64,000 bases of DNA from a virus, in IMG/VR virus record IMGVR_UViG_3300020171_000001, positions 32,001-96,000 of that record, one strand, 5' to 3'. This document shows positions 47,482 through 57,779 of the stretch, in pieces. A program made the translations under genes and the position numbers. The notes beneath the pieces were generated by a model. It did not search any database, had not been told where the DNA came from, and saw nothing but the letters and a program-made list of their open reading frames with translations. Within the stretch, counting starts at the first letter, position 1; the number at the start of each line of letters is the position of its first letter.

Positions 47482-49589
47482 ACTGACCAGCTCCAGCGCG
47501 CTTCGATCTCTGCCCGGTTGATGCGGCCCATCTCGGCTACACGGAGCGGATCAGCACGGAGCATGCAGATGGCTTGCGCCAGGGCATCCCTGGTGCGTTC
47601 CACGATCACGATCCCTGTGTCTCCAAACTCCTGGATCTGCGAGCGCTGCATCTCCCGGTGGTTTCCGCAGTCCGTGGTGATTAGCGCATGACCCGAGGCC
47701 ATCCCCTCCATCACGGAATTACTCGCCCCTTCGTATTTGGACATGCAAAGGCACAGGTTGGCCTTCAAGTAGAACACGGGCATCTCGGCCGGGGATAGCC
47801 TGGCTGTGTGGTACTCGGCAAAGACCAGGGGCTGCTTCAGACCCTCGCAGACCGGCTTGATGATGGTGTCGAACCCCTTGACGTCTCCGCAGGCCCCAGA
47901 TGCGTGCTGGGCGTTGCCGTTCCAGGAACAGATGACCTCGCCGGACACAGGGGTCGGCTCGGGGAATCGGTTCATGTTTACAGGATTCGTGAGGTACACC
48001 GCATTGGGGCAGTGGTCGCGCAGCTCGTCGTAGTTTTGCTTCGTGACGACATGAAATGCCCGAAAGCGATTCACGAGCGCGATGTCTTCGGCCGTTGGCG
48101 GCCCCGGCTTTTCAGGCTTGAACCAGAGCGCACGGAGGCTGCCGACGGTGCGGTCCCACGGGAGCATCGCGTCGATGCCCCAGCGGTGGTAGACGCAGAA
48201 CACCGTGTTGAACCGCAACATGGCTGCGCGAATGCGCTCGTCCACTTCATGCGCAGGCAGCGCCTGGCGACCCTGCGCCTCAATCCGTGCGTTGCACCAG
48301 TCGATCACGAACCAGTGTGCAAACCCGCGCTTGCTTCCGAGGTAGAGTTCGAGGTCCTTCATGTTCTGGTGGAAGGCCCAATCTCTCACATCGGAGAGGA
48401 GCAATACGTCGCCGTCCTCGGCCATCTGCTCTACCCCGAGTGCCCGGGCCTGCGCCTCTGCGGGCCCACAGTGCCCCCGTGGGGAAACTAGCCGCGGTTC
48501 GCCCGCGGGCTCGGACCCAGGCCCGGGCGCGGGCGCGAGTGCGGGCGCCGCGACAGGCTGAGCCATGGGCTGCAGGACTTCTGGTGAAACCGGCCGCGTC
48601 GTAGCTAACCCCTGGGGGACACTCTGGCCTTGGATCGCGAGAGCCGCCAGGAGGCACCGGCGCCAGTTCTCCAGGGTGACGTCCCATGCCCAGCGTTGCT
48701 CGACCTCGGCGCGGGCGCCACGGGCCATGTTCGTTCGCGCGTCCGGGGCCATGCGCTTAACGGCTTCAATGGCCTCAACCAGGGCCCCGGTCGTGCGCTC
48801 GCGGAGGAGGAATCCGTTGACCTGGTCACGGATCATTCGCTGAGCGATGCCAACGCGCGTGGAGATGGGGATGCGTTGCGACGCCATGCCCTCGAGGATA
48901 GGGTTCGGCGTTCCTTCACGGACGGACATGCAGGTGATGCACGTGATCGCGTGGTAGAACGGTGGCATCTCGTGGAGCGAGCGTGAATTGCCCTTGGCGG
49001 CGTCAAGGACGTGGAGTTCGACATGCGCCTGCTGGCAAGCTTCGCGTACGAGCCCCAGCCCCTTGTAGTCTGTAATGCCCTTGTCTTGCCCCATACGAGC
49101 GCTGTTCCCGCACCAGCCAATGACCGGAGGCCCAGGAGGCAGCCGGGATGGCATGAAGAGCCGCGTGTTGACGCCGTCTGGGACGAGGAAGATGGGCGGG
49201 AGTTTGGCCCCCGCGGACCGCTGCTGGATGTCTTGCCGGATCTCCTCATTGCACACGGCAAGGATGTCCGTTTGCCGCAGTGCCAGGAGGAATTCAGGGG
49301 ACAGGTTGGCCGGCCCGGAGCAAAAACTCTCGTGGTCGTAGACACAAGTAATGAGCGTACCCGGGCGCAGGTTGGCCCGGAGCCGACAAGTATCCCCCCA
49401 CCAGAAGCAGACCAGTACCGAGGAGCCTGAAACCGGGGATAGGAGTTTGCTGCTTTGCTCGATGACAACCGTGGAAAACAGATTGCCAAGGCCTCGGGCG
49501 ATTTCACGGGAGATGTTGTGGAAGGCCCATCCGGGCTGGTCGATGCTGAGTACAAGGGTCTGCGAGGCCATGCGCCCTTCCTTGTCCAT
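47439..49589 (-). CDS. tandem two-domain GT4-like glycosyltransferase
   Basis: Two repeats of D...WAF, W.GN, KG, S..EG..N...EGMAS. Confidence 0.88.
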   Translation of the reverse strand: MDKEGRMASQTLVLSIDQPGWAFHNISREIARGLGNLFSTVVIEQSSKLLSPVSGSSVLVCFWWGDTCRLRANLRPGTLITCVYDHESFCSGPANLSPEFLLALRQTDILAVCNEEIRQDIQQRSAGAKLPPIFLVPDGVNTRLFMPSRLPPGPPVIGWCGNSARMGQDKGITDYKGLGLVREACQQAHVELHVLDAAKGNSRSLHEMPPFYHAITCITCMSVREGTPNPILEGMASQRIPISTRVGIAQRMIRDQVNGFLLRERTTGALVEAIEAVKRMAPDARTNMARGARAEVEQRWAWDVTLENWRRCLLAALAIQGQSVPQGLATTRPVSPEVLQPMAQPVAAPALAPAPGPGSEPAGEPRLVSPRGHCGPAEAQARALGVEQMAEDGDVLLLSDVRDWAFHQNMKDLELYLGSKRGFAHWFVIDWCNARIEAQGRQALPAHEVDERIRAAMLRFNTVFCVYHRWGIDAMLPWDRTVGSLRALWFKPEKPGPPTAEDIALVNRFRAFHVVTKQNYDELRDHCPNAVYLTNPVNMNRFPEPTPVSGEVICSWNGNAQHASGACGDVKGFDTIIKPVCEGLKQPLVFAEYHTARLSPAEMPVFYLKANLCLCMSKYEGASNSVMEGMASGHALITTDCGNHREMQRSQIQEFGDTGIVIVERTRDALAQAICMLRADPLRVAEMGRINRAEIEARWSWSVWSQRYEEFLCRAM

Positions 49590-49696
49590 CGCTAGTGGGC
49601 CTCTTGCCTGCCTATAGGCGGCAGCCGGTCGCGTGGCTTTTGAACTTGCTGCAGTGGCCAGCCAAGAGGCTGCGTGGGGGCCGGGGCAGAGCGGGC

Positions 49697-50050
49697 CTAC
49701 ACCACGCTGAAGTTGCCCACGGCGTGGGCGCCACCGCCGCTGTTGTAGGTGACCACGTGGTAGGATCCGTCGTGCTGATCCTGAATCCGGTACTGGTCCA
49801 GCGTGGGCGGGTTGGTACCGTCTGCCGAGATGCCGGCTCCGGTGCCACCCGCGTAGAGGGTTCCGGAGCCGCCCGCGACGACGAGTGCATCGAGGGTTCC
49901 CGCGTTCCAGCGCGTGATGACCGTGTTGATCCCGGTGATCACAGTGTTCAACGCGCTGACCAGCGAGCCGGTCAGACGCCCGTCGAAGACTTTTGCGCCG
50001 CTCTTGAACGCGGTTACGGCTACGGAGCTGATCGGGGTGATAGCAGCCAT
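49697..50050 (-). CDS. small Thr/Gly/Ala-rich protein (structural-like)
   Basis: AAGGAG SD; codon bias resembling the capsid gene. Confidence 0.6.
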   Translation of the reverse strand: MAAITPISSVAVTAFKSGAKVFDGRLTGSLVSALNTVITGINTVITRWNAGTLDALVVAGGSGTLYAGGTGAGISADGTNPPTLDQYRIQDQHDGSYHVVTYNSGGGAHAVGNFSVV

Positions 50051-50164
50051 GGGGTTACTCCTTGGGATTGGAGACTACGCGGAGTATCGCTGTGCTCTCG
50101 CGTGCTGTCTAGGTTACGAGTTCGCGGGCAGGGCCCATTCCATACCCATGCGCCCAGACTACAG

Positions 50165-50530
50165 CTACTCCAAGTTCATGTCAAAAGTCATATCGGAGTC
50201 GCCCCCAGGCAAGCGCAAATGCAGGAATCCCTGGGAGTCCATGAAGGTCTGCAACCGGTAGAATTTCTGGATCACGGCTGACAACACGCGTGTAGCGGGC
50301 ACACCGGAGACCTGACCTGTTGCAATTTGTATGATTTCGTGGAGTTTGGCCTTGCTAACGGCACTCAGGTCTACGGACGTGGAGCCCTTGGGGCGTTTGC
50401 GTGGGCCCCGCCTTTGCTTTTTCTTCTTCAGCCCTAATGACTCCGAAGCTTTCGAAGCTTTCGAAGCTTTCGAAGCTTTCGAAGCCTTTGGGGCCCTTGC
50501 AACCTTGGTGGTCTTCGGTGGTTTTTCCAT
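50165..50530 (-). CDS. basic hypothetical protein with (KAS)n repeat
   Basis: 9-bp tandem repeat in frame. Confidence 0.5.
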   Translation of the reverse strand: MEKPPKTTKVARAPKASKASKASKASKASESLGLKKKKQRRGPRKRPKGSTSVDLSAVSKAKLHEIIQIATGQVSGVPATRVLSAVIQKFYRLQTFMDSQGFLHLRLPGGDSDMTFDMNLE

Positions 50531-50693
50531 TAGCTGATAGACTACCTACCGTATAGCATGTGGCATGTCAACGTGTATTTGGGGGCGGCAGGGATCCCCC
50601 AGAAAATCAACGGGAGGCATCATAGGTGCTTGCCATGGTGCAAACCGCCGGGTATCCTGGGGGCCAACATCTGGAGTAGTACCGGAGCGGCCT

Positions 50694-52586
50694 ATGGACG
50701 ACATGCATACCACGACGCAGGGCGATCAATCGCAAGCTGCGGCCACTGGCGGAACTGACGTAGAAGCCGGTGGAGCTTTCGTCAAGATACAGAGCTTGGG
50801 CACGGAGTCTTCGGAGAGCGCCCGGGTAGGCGAGCTGTTTGTCACATCAGGTGGAGGCCCCCCGGCGCTTGCTCCGCGGGAGTCCGATAACGATGCTGAC
50901 ACGCTGGTTCGGAACTCTTGGTCCGTGCTCAGCATCGTGACAGCGCTCCTCGACAACGTGTATGGGGCGCCGGTGGATGTGGAGCCTGTGGTGGACCCGG
51001 CCAGCGAAGAGGGTAAGCGAACCATCCGGCGTTGGATCCGGCTCCAACGGGCCATGCGGGGAACCTCGGATCGGACTCATCTGGAGATTTCTCAGGCCTC
51101 GTTGGACCAGGCCTGCGGGTGGCTCGATGCCCGGATCGAATACGAGCTGGCTCGCGCCGAGGGCTTCTACGATACGTGCGGGGTAGACCACGATCTGCAG
51201 ACCACACGTATTCTTCTCGGATTCGACCTCGAGACCCGCGGGCGCGCGCACCTGGAGGTTCTGCGGGGCATGGACGGCACTCCGCGGGCCATTCAGTGGG
51301 TCTCCTCCCGGTTCATCCGGATTGAGCCCAAGAAAGACATCGTGGGGTTCCACGACGTGGATGTCCACAACCCCCTCGTTCAGATCGAAGAAGTACGGTA
51401 CCGCCGGTTTCACGGGTTCTATCAGGTGACGGCCGCGCCAGGGTCCGGCGTGTGGTCATACTTCCGTGAGTTTGGCGACCCGCGTATCCGGAGCCGGCGC
51501 TCGGGCCAGCGGGGCTTCGCGACCCTGGAAGACCTCCAAAGGGCCGAAACCGGACCGGGGGGCGCGGGGTCCGGGGCCCACTACGCGCAGGCAGGTTGGC
51601 CCCCGGGGACCCCCGCCACGGAGATTTTGCACTTTGCCCTCTCCGCGCCCTGGGCAGAATCTACTGGACTGGCCCCCTGGTACGCGGCCAAGCCCGAAGC
51701 TCTGGGTATCCGCGAGCTCGCGCAGGAGAACCGTGGGCTGTTGTCCGGCCAGTTGATTCCGCTGCTGCTCATGATGGTCTCCGGCGGCGCTCGTATCGGG
51801 CCCGATCAGCAGGAGTACTGGCAGCGGCAGTTCCAGTCGATTCGGCCTGGGGAACGCGGGCTATTGATCATGCAAGTTCTCGGTGACCGGCTGGTCGGCT
51901 CAGGGGCTCGCAGCGGTGGCGAGCCCAAGATCCAAATCGAGAACACCCGTCCGGCGCAGCAGGACGATGCCTTGGGCCTGAAGTACACCAAGGAGGCCGA
52001 TCGGGCTGTTCGCCGGCTCTACCGGTTCCCTGCGCCGGCACTGGGAGACTTGGAGGGTGTGAACGAGAACACAGCGGACTTGGCCTTGCGGTTCGCCGAG
52101 AGCCAGATCTACGAGCCCCGAAGGGACGCATTCAACCGGCCCTTCGACCAGATTCTGCGGGAGATGGGGCTGGTCGCCGTTCGCACGCGCACACGACCGC
52201 GTATACCCATGCACCTGGGAGAGATCGCTGAAGCCTTCCAGCGTCTGAGCGAGGCCTCCTTGGTCACACCGGAAGACGTTCGACCGTTCCTCCGCCGCCT
52301 GGTCCCCGGTTTGGACCACCTGGGAGACCGGTATTGGGCCAAGCTCCCCCGACGGGTGACCGAGGCCTACATGATGGCACGAGCGCCGCAAGCCGTGGCC
52401 AATTTCCTCGAGCTCGACGACGCACATGCACCGGCGCCGGAAGCATCTGAGCAGATGCGCTCGGCGGACCTCCAAGACGCGGCTGATGTGCTCGCCGGGT
52501 ACGCCCCGGCAACGGCCCCGACCATGGATTCTGAGAATTCTGAGAATTCTGAGAGTTCTGGGACTACGGAGAAGCTCAATGACTGA
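50694..52586 (+). CDS. portal protein (PBSX/XkdE-like)
   Basis: D.E..G.A.LEV.R...G, YFREFGDPR, ATEILHF, G.APW, F..PA..LG; first gene of head module. Confidence 0.75.
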   Translation: MDDMHTTTQGDQSQAAATGGTDVEAGGAFVKIQSLGTESSESARVGELFVTSGGGPPALAPRESDNDADTLVRNSWSVLSIVTALLDNVYGAPVDVEPVVDPASEEGKRTIRRWIRLQRAMRGTSDRTHLEISQASLDQACGWLDARIEYELARAEGFYDTCGVDHDLQTTRILLGFDLETRGRAHLEVLRGMDGTPRAIQWVSSRFIRIEPKKDIVGFHDVDVHNPLVQIEEVRYRRFHGFYQVTAAPGSGVWSYFREFGDPRIRSRRSGQRGFATLEDLQRAETGPGGAGSGAHYAQAGWPPGTPATEILHFALSAPWAESTGLAPWYAAKPEALGIRELAQENRGLLSGQLIPLLLMMVSGGARIGPDQQEYWQRQFQSIRPGERGLLIMQVLGDRLVGSGARSGGEPKIQIENTRPAQQDDALGLKYTKEADRAVRRLYRFPAPALGDLEGVNENTADLALRFAESQIYEPRRDAFNRPFDQILREMGLVAVRTRTRPRIPMHLGEIAEAFQRLSEASLVTPEDVRPFLRRLVPGLDHLGDRYWAKLPRRVTEAYMMARAPQAVANFLELDDAHAPAPEASEQMRSADLQDAADVLAGYAPATAPTMDSENSENSESSGTTEKLND

Positions 52587-53121
52587 TGATTGGATGGCTC
52601 GTAGAGACCGGCAGGGCCTTGCTATCTTGGGGTCGGTGGCAGGCCAACGCAAAGCTCTACAGGGCCGTGAAGAACACCTGATGCTCGCCCGCGTCGTCAC
52701 GAACGTGTCTATCCCACCTGCCGTGGGAGAGACCCTTGCGTGCAACCCGCGATTCGCTCAGCCGTTCTTCGTGGGCATCGGGCGTACACTGCACCGGGCG
52801 ATGACAGACCCTCGTACGCGTCCGCTGGTGTGGTCCGACGCGGCGGTAAAAGAGCGCCTGGACGTGATCTATGACCTGGTGACCCGGCTCCATGGCGATG
52901 GAAACATCTCCATCCTGGCGACCATGGATCGCCTTTGGGGCGCTGTACTTGCTCGACTGCAGCGTGCGCAGCACCCGGATGACGCTGCTGAGGAGCAGAT
53001 CGCGGGTTCTGCCATGGAGCCCAGTACAGACGGACTCACGGGCAATAGCTGGGCTTGCGCCGAGTCAAAGCCCGGCACCGTGCGAATGAACCCGGGGACT
53101 GAAGACTTCCGGGAGGAGTAA
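52579..53121 (+). CDS. hypothetical head-module protein
   Basis: Overlaps portal stop. Confidence 0.55.
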   Translation: MTDDWMARRDRQGLAILGSVAGQRKALQGREEHLMLARVVTNVSIPPAVGETLACNPRFAQPFFVGIGRTLHRAMTDPRTRPLVWSDAAVKERLDVIYDLVTRLHGDGNISILATMDRLWGAVLARLQRAQHPDDAAEEQIAGSAMEPSTDGLTGNSWACAESKPGTVRMNPGTEDFREE

Positions 53122-53127
53122 GCGCCG

Positions 53128-54609
53128 ATGCCTGTATCCCCAATGAGACAAGAGCGGCAGTTTCTGGCTGAGGCTGTGCGCAAGTCCGTGCAGGGTCTTG
53201 TCGAAACCATCCGAGGATCTGACACGCGGGGCGCCCAATCGGGCCTTGCCGATGGCTCACAGCGTTTGCTGGACGTACTGGGCCCTGGTGGGCTCCGGCG
53301 AGTCATTCAGGGGTACCGAGATCTCCACATGCTTTTCGGTGCTGGCCCTGACTCACCTGAGTGGGCCGTGCATGCTGAACATGCTCTGTGTGAGGCTCTC
53401 GGTGCCCTGGGCGTCCGTCTCCGGTACGCGGATAGGCTGGCTACGGTAGCCGGTGTGCACGGTGCGTCGAAGTACTCCTGCGGTACAACGCAGGAGGGCG
53501 CTGCGCTTCTCACTGAGGTATACCACTTGGCCCCGGACTGCATCATGATGTCGCCTGAAGGCGTCGGAGTGCGCTGCCGCGTCGGCGGCGAGGATCTGTC
53601 TCTGGAACTCTCAGGGGCCCTTGAGGCTTGTGCCCATGCGAGTGTCCTGAGTTCGTATCTCCCCGCAAGTCTGAAGTTGGCCCCTATGCCGTCTGGGGAT
53701 GGGGCACTGCGCCATGTAGGGCTTCCGGAGCCAGTTGCTGGGTCCGCGATGGCCACTGCAGTTTCAGTTTACGACGTGGTCCTCTTGAAGCGCGGCGCCG
53801 GGGCTTCTGGGCCCCTCGACGTTTGGAGCCCTGGGCGATCGGTGGATGCCCTGCCGGCAGCCCGTGTCGAGTTCCTCCGCGTGAACGCCGTTCCGGGCGT
53901 CATGCCGATGACCGCGGGGGCCAAGACCCGAGACGCGGGGGCATCCATGCCGCCAGTTCGCGGGCTGATCTCCGTGCCCTTTGAAGTCATGCCCCTCGAT
54001 GGCTCCGGGAGCACAGGACCGCGCTCGCCAGGAGCCAGTGTGGTACCGGGCCAGGCCCAGCAACGGTGCTACTCCGGGCCCATCATCGGACAAACCACGG
54101 GGGCAAAACGCGCCAGTGGTACTCCGGGCCCGGGGCCGAGCTCGCTGGACCCCATGGGCTATCCCATGGACGGAGAGTTCCCAGTAGACCGCATTGTAAC
54201 CGGTATCGTACTGGAGCCTGAGAAGCCCGACTTTGCTCGTGAGCCGATAGGCAAAGCGGACGGGGAGCTTCTGGTAGCCTCTGGCGACATTCTCTCGGCT
54301 GAGCAGGTAAAGCTGGCCATGTACTGGTGGATGGCCAACACGCGTGGGAGGATGACCTTCATCCATACCGTTCATGGCGGAAAGGAGATCCAGGAGGAGT
54401 GCCCGGTCCTGTCGTGCTGGACCGTGGGAGCTCGTGGGGAGATGTGGAACGGCCGCGAAGTTGTTCCTGGCACATGGCTCCTCAGCGTGTGGTGCCGACC
54501 TGATTGGATCTGGGAGGACATCCAGGCAAAGAAAATCCGTGCGTTCTCCATCGGGTACTTCGGGTACTACCACACGGAGTCAAGGTCTGGCGCACTCGGC
54601 GGCGACTGA
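53128..54609 (+). CDS. protein with C-terminal XkdF-like prohead protease domain
   Basis: RIV.G.VLEP, GD..SAE.V..A...WM, H, PGTWL, W..I....I..FSIG. Confidence 0.75.
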   Translation: MPVSPMRQERQFLAEAVRKSVQGLVETIRGSDTRGAQSGLADGSQRLLDVLGPGGLRRVIQGYRDLHMLFGAGPDSPEWAVHAEHALCEALGALGVRLRYADRLATVAGVHGASKYSCGTTQEGAALLTEVYHLAPDCIMMSPEGVGVRCRVGGEDLSLELSGALEACAHASVLSSYLPASLKLAPMPSGDGALRHVGLPEPVAGSAMATAVSVYDVVLLKRGAGASGPLDVWSPGRSVDALPAARVEFLRVNAVPGVMPMTAGAKTRDAGASMPPVRGLISVPFEVMPLDGSGSTGPRSPGASVVPGQAQQRCYSGPIIGQTTGAKRASGTPGPGPSSLDPMGYPMDGEFPVDRIVTGIVLEPEKPDFAREPIGKADGELLVASGDILSAEQVKLAMYWWMANTRGRMTFIHTVHGGKEIQEECPVLSCWTVGARGEMWNGREVVPGTWLLSVWCRPDWIWEDIQAKKIRAFSIGYFGYYHTESRSGALGGD

Positions 54610-54659
54610 AGCATCGAGCGTTTGATCTCCAGACGCTTTCTGGTGCATTCTGCGGGTTG

Positions 54660-56294
54660 ATGACCCAAGTACCACATGACGGCTTGGTAGAGCACCAGGG
54701 GATGCGCCAGCGAGTCCTGGACGTACTCCGGCGCTTGCTCTGGGTCCGTTCCTACGAGGTCGCCCTCGTACCTGCAGGGGCCAACGGCGCCGAAGATTTC
54801 CTGGACGGCGTGAAGGCCCTGCCTGAGAGCGACACCGCACTGGACGGCCTACGGTGGGAGCGCCTTGGAGAGGCCATCACGGCTCTCGGTGTGGGTCTCC
54901 GTTCGGCGCTGGGCAATGAGATCCAGGGTACGGATGAGGCACTGAGCGACGCCTTGGACGCCGTAGTAGACGGTCTCAAAGAGCTCGGCGGGCCGCGCCT
55001 CGAATCCGCAAAAGATCCTCTGTGCCAAGTAACCCGGGCCGTTCGGGATATCGAAGTCGAGACACTGCTCTTGCAATCTCGCGATCCAGAAGCAGCCAAG
55101 GCCATTCGTGGGTTCTGCCAGGAGATAGCGGAGGTACTACCTGCTAGCACCGTCAGCAGCGGGTCTCCTGGCTTCTCCGGAACACGGGAGAAGCCATCCG
55201 GGCAAAAGCCTGGAGGGAGCAAGACACCGCCAGAGGGCTACCCCAAAGACCGTGATGCGTACTTGGACCCGGACAACTACAAGTACCCCATCGACACTGA
55301 GAAGCGCGTACGCGCGGCGATTACATACCTCTCCCGTGAAAGGCCCAATGGCCCCGGGAAGTACACGCGGAACGATCTGGTCTGGATGTGGGAGCGACTC
55401 CGCCGCGCGGCCGAAGGGTACAACATCGAAGTTGCTGAGAGTACTGGAGTCAAGACTCAGGCGCACGCGGGTACCCTGTCGAACGCAGCGGGGGGCGCCA
55501 CGGACGCAGGTTGCGCCGGGCCAGTGGGGACCTCGAGTTCCGGGGAACTCTGTGTAGAAAGCAAGACCACGAGCTCCTTCGGGGGCACGATCGTACATCT
55601 CGTGGAAAACTCGCCGGAGGACCACACCCGCGTGGGAACCATGCAGGGTGCAAAGGTCCTCGGCGAATCCCAAGTGACCGCCGAAGCCGGGAAGGAAACA
55701 AACATGACTACCACTGAGAGTTCTGAGGCGGCCATTGAGCCGATTGCCGAGCCGATTGCCGAGCCGATTGCCGAGCCGATTGCCGAGCCGGCTGTCAAGG
55801 CTGAGACGGATGCCGACCCGGATGCCAAGCCCGCGGTGCCTGCTGAGCCCGATCCGGCGCCGGTAGCCGAGGTCAAGAGCGATCTGTCTGCGGCAGACCC
55901 TGCGCCGGAGTCCGCGGAGTCCGCGGAGCCCGCGGAGCTGTTGGGCCCCTCGCCGGCCGAAAAGGCGATCGAGGGTCTCCAGACCGAGATGCTGGCGGCC
56001 ATGGAGGGCCTGAAGGGACTACTGGAAGCGTCTCTGGGGACCTTCGAGGATCGGCTGGGCAAGCTCGAGACCAAGGCCAGCGAAGCCGTGGCCTCTGCCC
56101 AGCGGGCTTGCGACGAGGTTTCCGGGGTCAAAGCGCGGCAGCACCAGGGGATCCCGGGCACGGCGCCCATGGTGGACCTGGAACCCGCGAGCACTGTCCC
56201 GGATCGTTCCGATATCGATACCGAGGACTACAGCCGGTCGAGTCGGCTGAAGGACCTGAGAGCCAAGAAGGGTGGATTCTCCCCCTGTTTCTAG
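54660..56294 (+). CDS. scaffold-like protein with EVALV..GAN motif and DUF6582-like domain
   Basis: YEVALVPAGANG; YLDP.NYKYPIDT...RAA..Y; acidic Pro/Ala-rich linker and coiled coil immediately before capsid gene. Confidence 0.6.
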   Translation: MTQVPHDGLVEHQGMRQRVLDVLRRLLWVRSYEVALVPAGANGAEDFLDGVKALPESDTALDGLRWERLGEAITALGVGLRSALGNEIQGTDEALSDALDAVVDGLKELGGPRLESAKDPLCQVTRAVRDIEVETLLLQSRDPEAAKAIRGFCQEIAEVLPASTVSSGSPGFSGTREKPSGQKPGGSKTPPEGYPKDRDAYLDPDNYKYPIDTEKRVRAAITYLSRERPNGPGKYTRNDLVWMWERLRRAAEGYNIEVAESTGVKTQAHAGTLSNAAGGATDAGCAGPVGTSSSGELCVESKTTSSFGGTIVHLVENSPEDHTRVGTMQGAKVLGESQVTAEAGKETNMTTTESSEAAIEPIAEPIAEPIAEPIAEPAVKAETDADPDAKPAVPAEPDPAPVAEVKSDLSAADPAPESAESAEPAELLGPSPAEKAIEGLQTEMLAAMEGLKGLLEASLGTFEDRLGKLETKASEAVASAQRACDEVSGVKARQHQGIPGTAPMVDLEPASTVPDRSDIDTEDYSRSSRLKDLRAKKGGFSPCF

Positions 56295-56366
56295 GGGCCC
56301 GTGAGGGGCCTGGACGTGGTTTCATGAAGCTACCGGTGGATGCCGGTGCAGGAAAAGGAGCTGAAG

Positions 56367-57323
56367 ATGCCCATCACCGAAGGTAGCCACCTGAAGCCCA
56401 CCTGGGCCCAGAAGGCTGATCTGCAGATCTCCCAGATCGCGTCGGGTGGCGAGCTGGTTCGAGAGCAGGTGGAGGAGTACTTCCTCGTGGCCATCGCCGA
56501 GGCGGTAATGCTGGACAAGGTCCGCACTGTGATCATGGGTCGGGACCAGATCGAGTTCCCGATCATGAGCACTTTCGGGGATTCTGTCTGGCAGCCTGCG
56601 TCGGAGTACACCGCGCTGGTCGACGCCGAGCGCGTGCGCCCGGGGTTCACCCAGACCATCCTGACCGTGCGCGAGATCATGAGCGAGGTCCGCTGGCCCA
56701 AGCACATCATGAAGCAGCAGGTCGAGAAGGAGCAGCTCAAGAACACGCTGCTGGGCTACCTGGCCAAGCACCACCGGGGCGGGTGGGACAACCTGATCAT
56801 CGCCGGTGACACGGCGAGCGGGGCCACGCCCTTCCTGCGGCTGTTCAACGGGATGATCGCGGGGGCCACCACCTATGTGTACCCGGCGGGTACCGTGGCG
56901 CTGTCCTCCACGGTCCTCAACACCATCAAGTTCACCATGCTCCAGCCCTACCGGAGCGGCCGGAACCTGGCGTTCTACACCTCGGAGGAGGCGCTCAACG
57001 CGTACCTCACCGAGCTGGAGAGCCGGAACACCAGCCTGGGTGACACCGTCATCGTCGAGGGCACGGAGATGCCGGCGTATCGCCGAGCCCCGATCTACGA
57101 CATCCCGCGCTTCCCCACGTCGCTGGGCATCGGCACCAACGAGACCGTCGTGATGTACTGCGATGCCAAGGACTTCCTGTTCGGGATCCGGGAGAACATG
57201 GAAGTGGAGACCGAGTACAACCCGCGCCTGCGTGCCACGGCGGTCATCACCACCGCCTGGATCGCTCAGGGCTGGATGTACGAGGAGATGGAGGTCAAGT
57301 CGACGGGCGTCCTGTCCACGTAG
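56367..57323 (+). CDS. major capsid protein (HK97 fold, XkdG-like)
   Basis: GG.L..EQ...Y, I.GDT.S, F.G.I, L..R.T.LGD; strong codon bias; AAGGAG SD. Confidence 0.85.
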   Translation: MPITEGSHLKPTWAQKADLQISQIASGGELVREQVEEYFLVAIAEAVMLDKVRTVIMGRDQIEFPIMSTFGDSVWQPASEYTALVDAERVRPGFTQTILTVREIMSEVRWPKHIMKQQVEKEQLKNTLLGYLAKHHRGGWDNLIIAGDTASGATPFLRLFNGMIAGATTYVYPAGTVALSSTVLNTIKFTMLQPYRSGRNLAFYTSEEALNAYLTELESRNTSLGDTVIVEGTEMPAYRRAPIYDIPRFPTSLGIGTNETVVMYCDAKDFLFGIRENMEVETEYNPRLRATAVITTAWIAQGWMYEEMEVKSTGVLST

Positions 57324-57428
57324 AACTAGACCGGGTCGGGGGGGCCAGTGGTGGCCCTCCCGACTATGGCAATGGCAATGACTTGATCGCGCGCCGGGTG
57401 AGTCCCGAAGCGCAGAATGGAGGATTCC

Positions 57429-57779
57429 ATGGCTATCACTGCAGCCGCCAAGGTCGGCAACCAGATCGCCTTCGGCAAGGAATACACCGGGGAGGCCCGC
57501 GTCCGGTTCACGCTGGACAGCTCCTACCCGGCGGTGACCGGGGGCTACGCGAGTTTCATCACCACCACGGTGAAGGGGATCAGCGGCCTGGCGAACGTGA
57601 CGTTCCTCGATATCCCGACCCAGCTCGTGACCAACGGCGCGGGCGGCTGGCTCCTGACCTACTACGCTCGGGCCACGGACCAGCTGCGGTTCGTCGACCT
57701 GAGCACCGGCGTGGAGTGCACCAACGGGCAGGACCTGTCCACCTACGCGCTGATCGAGCTGATGGTCCGGTTCTACTAG
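57429..57779 (+). CDS. capsid decoration-like protein
   Basis: Directly after MCP; SYP..GGY, E..NG.DLS; strong codon bias. Confidence 0.6.
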   Translation: MAITAAAKVGNQIAFGKEYTGEARVRFTLDSSYPAVTGGYASFITTTVKGISGLANVTFLDIPTQLVTNGAGGWLLTYYARATDQLRFVDLSTGVECTNGQDLSTYALIELMVRFY

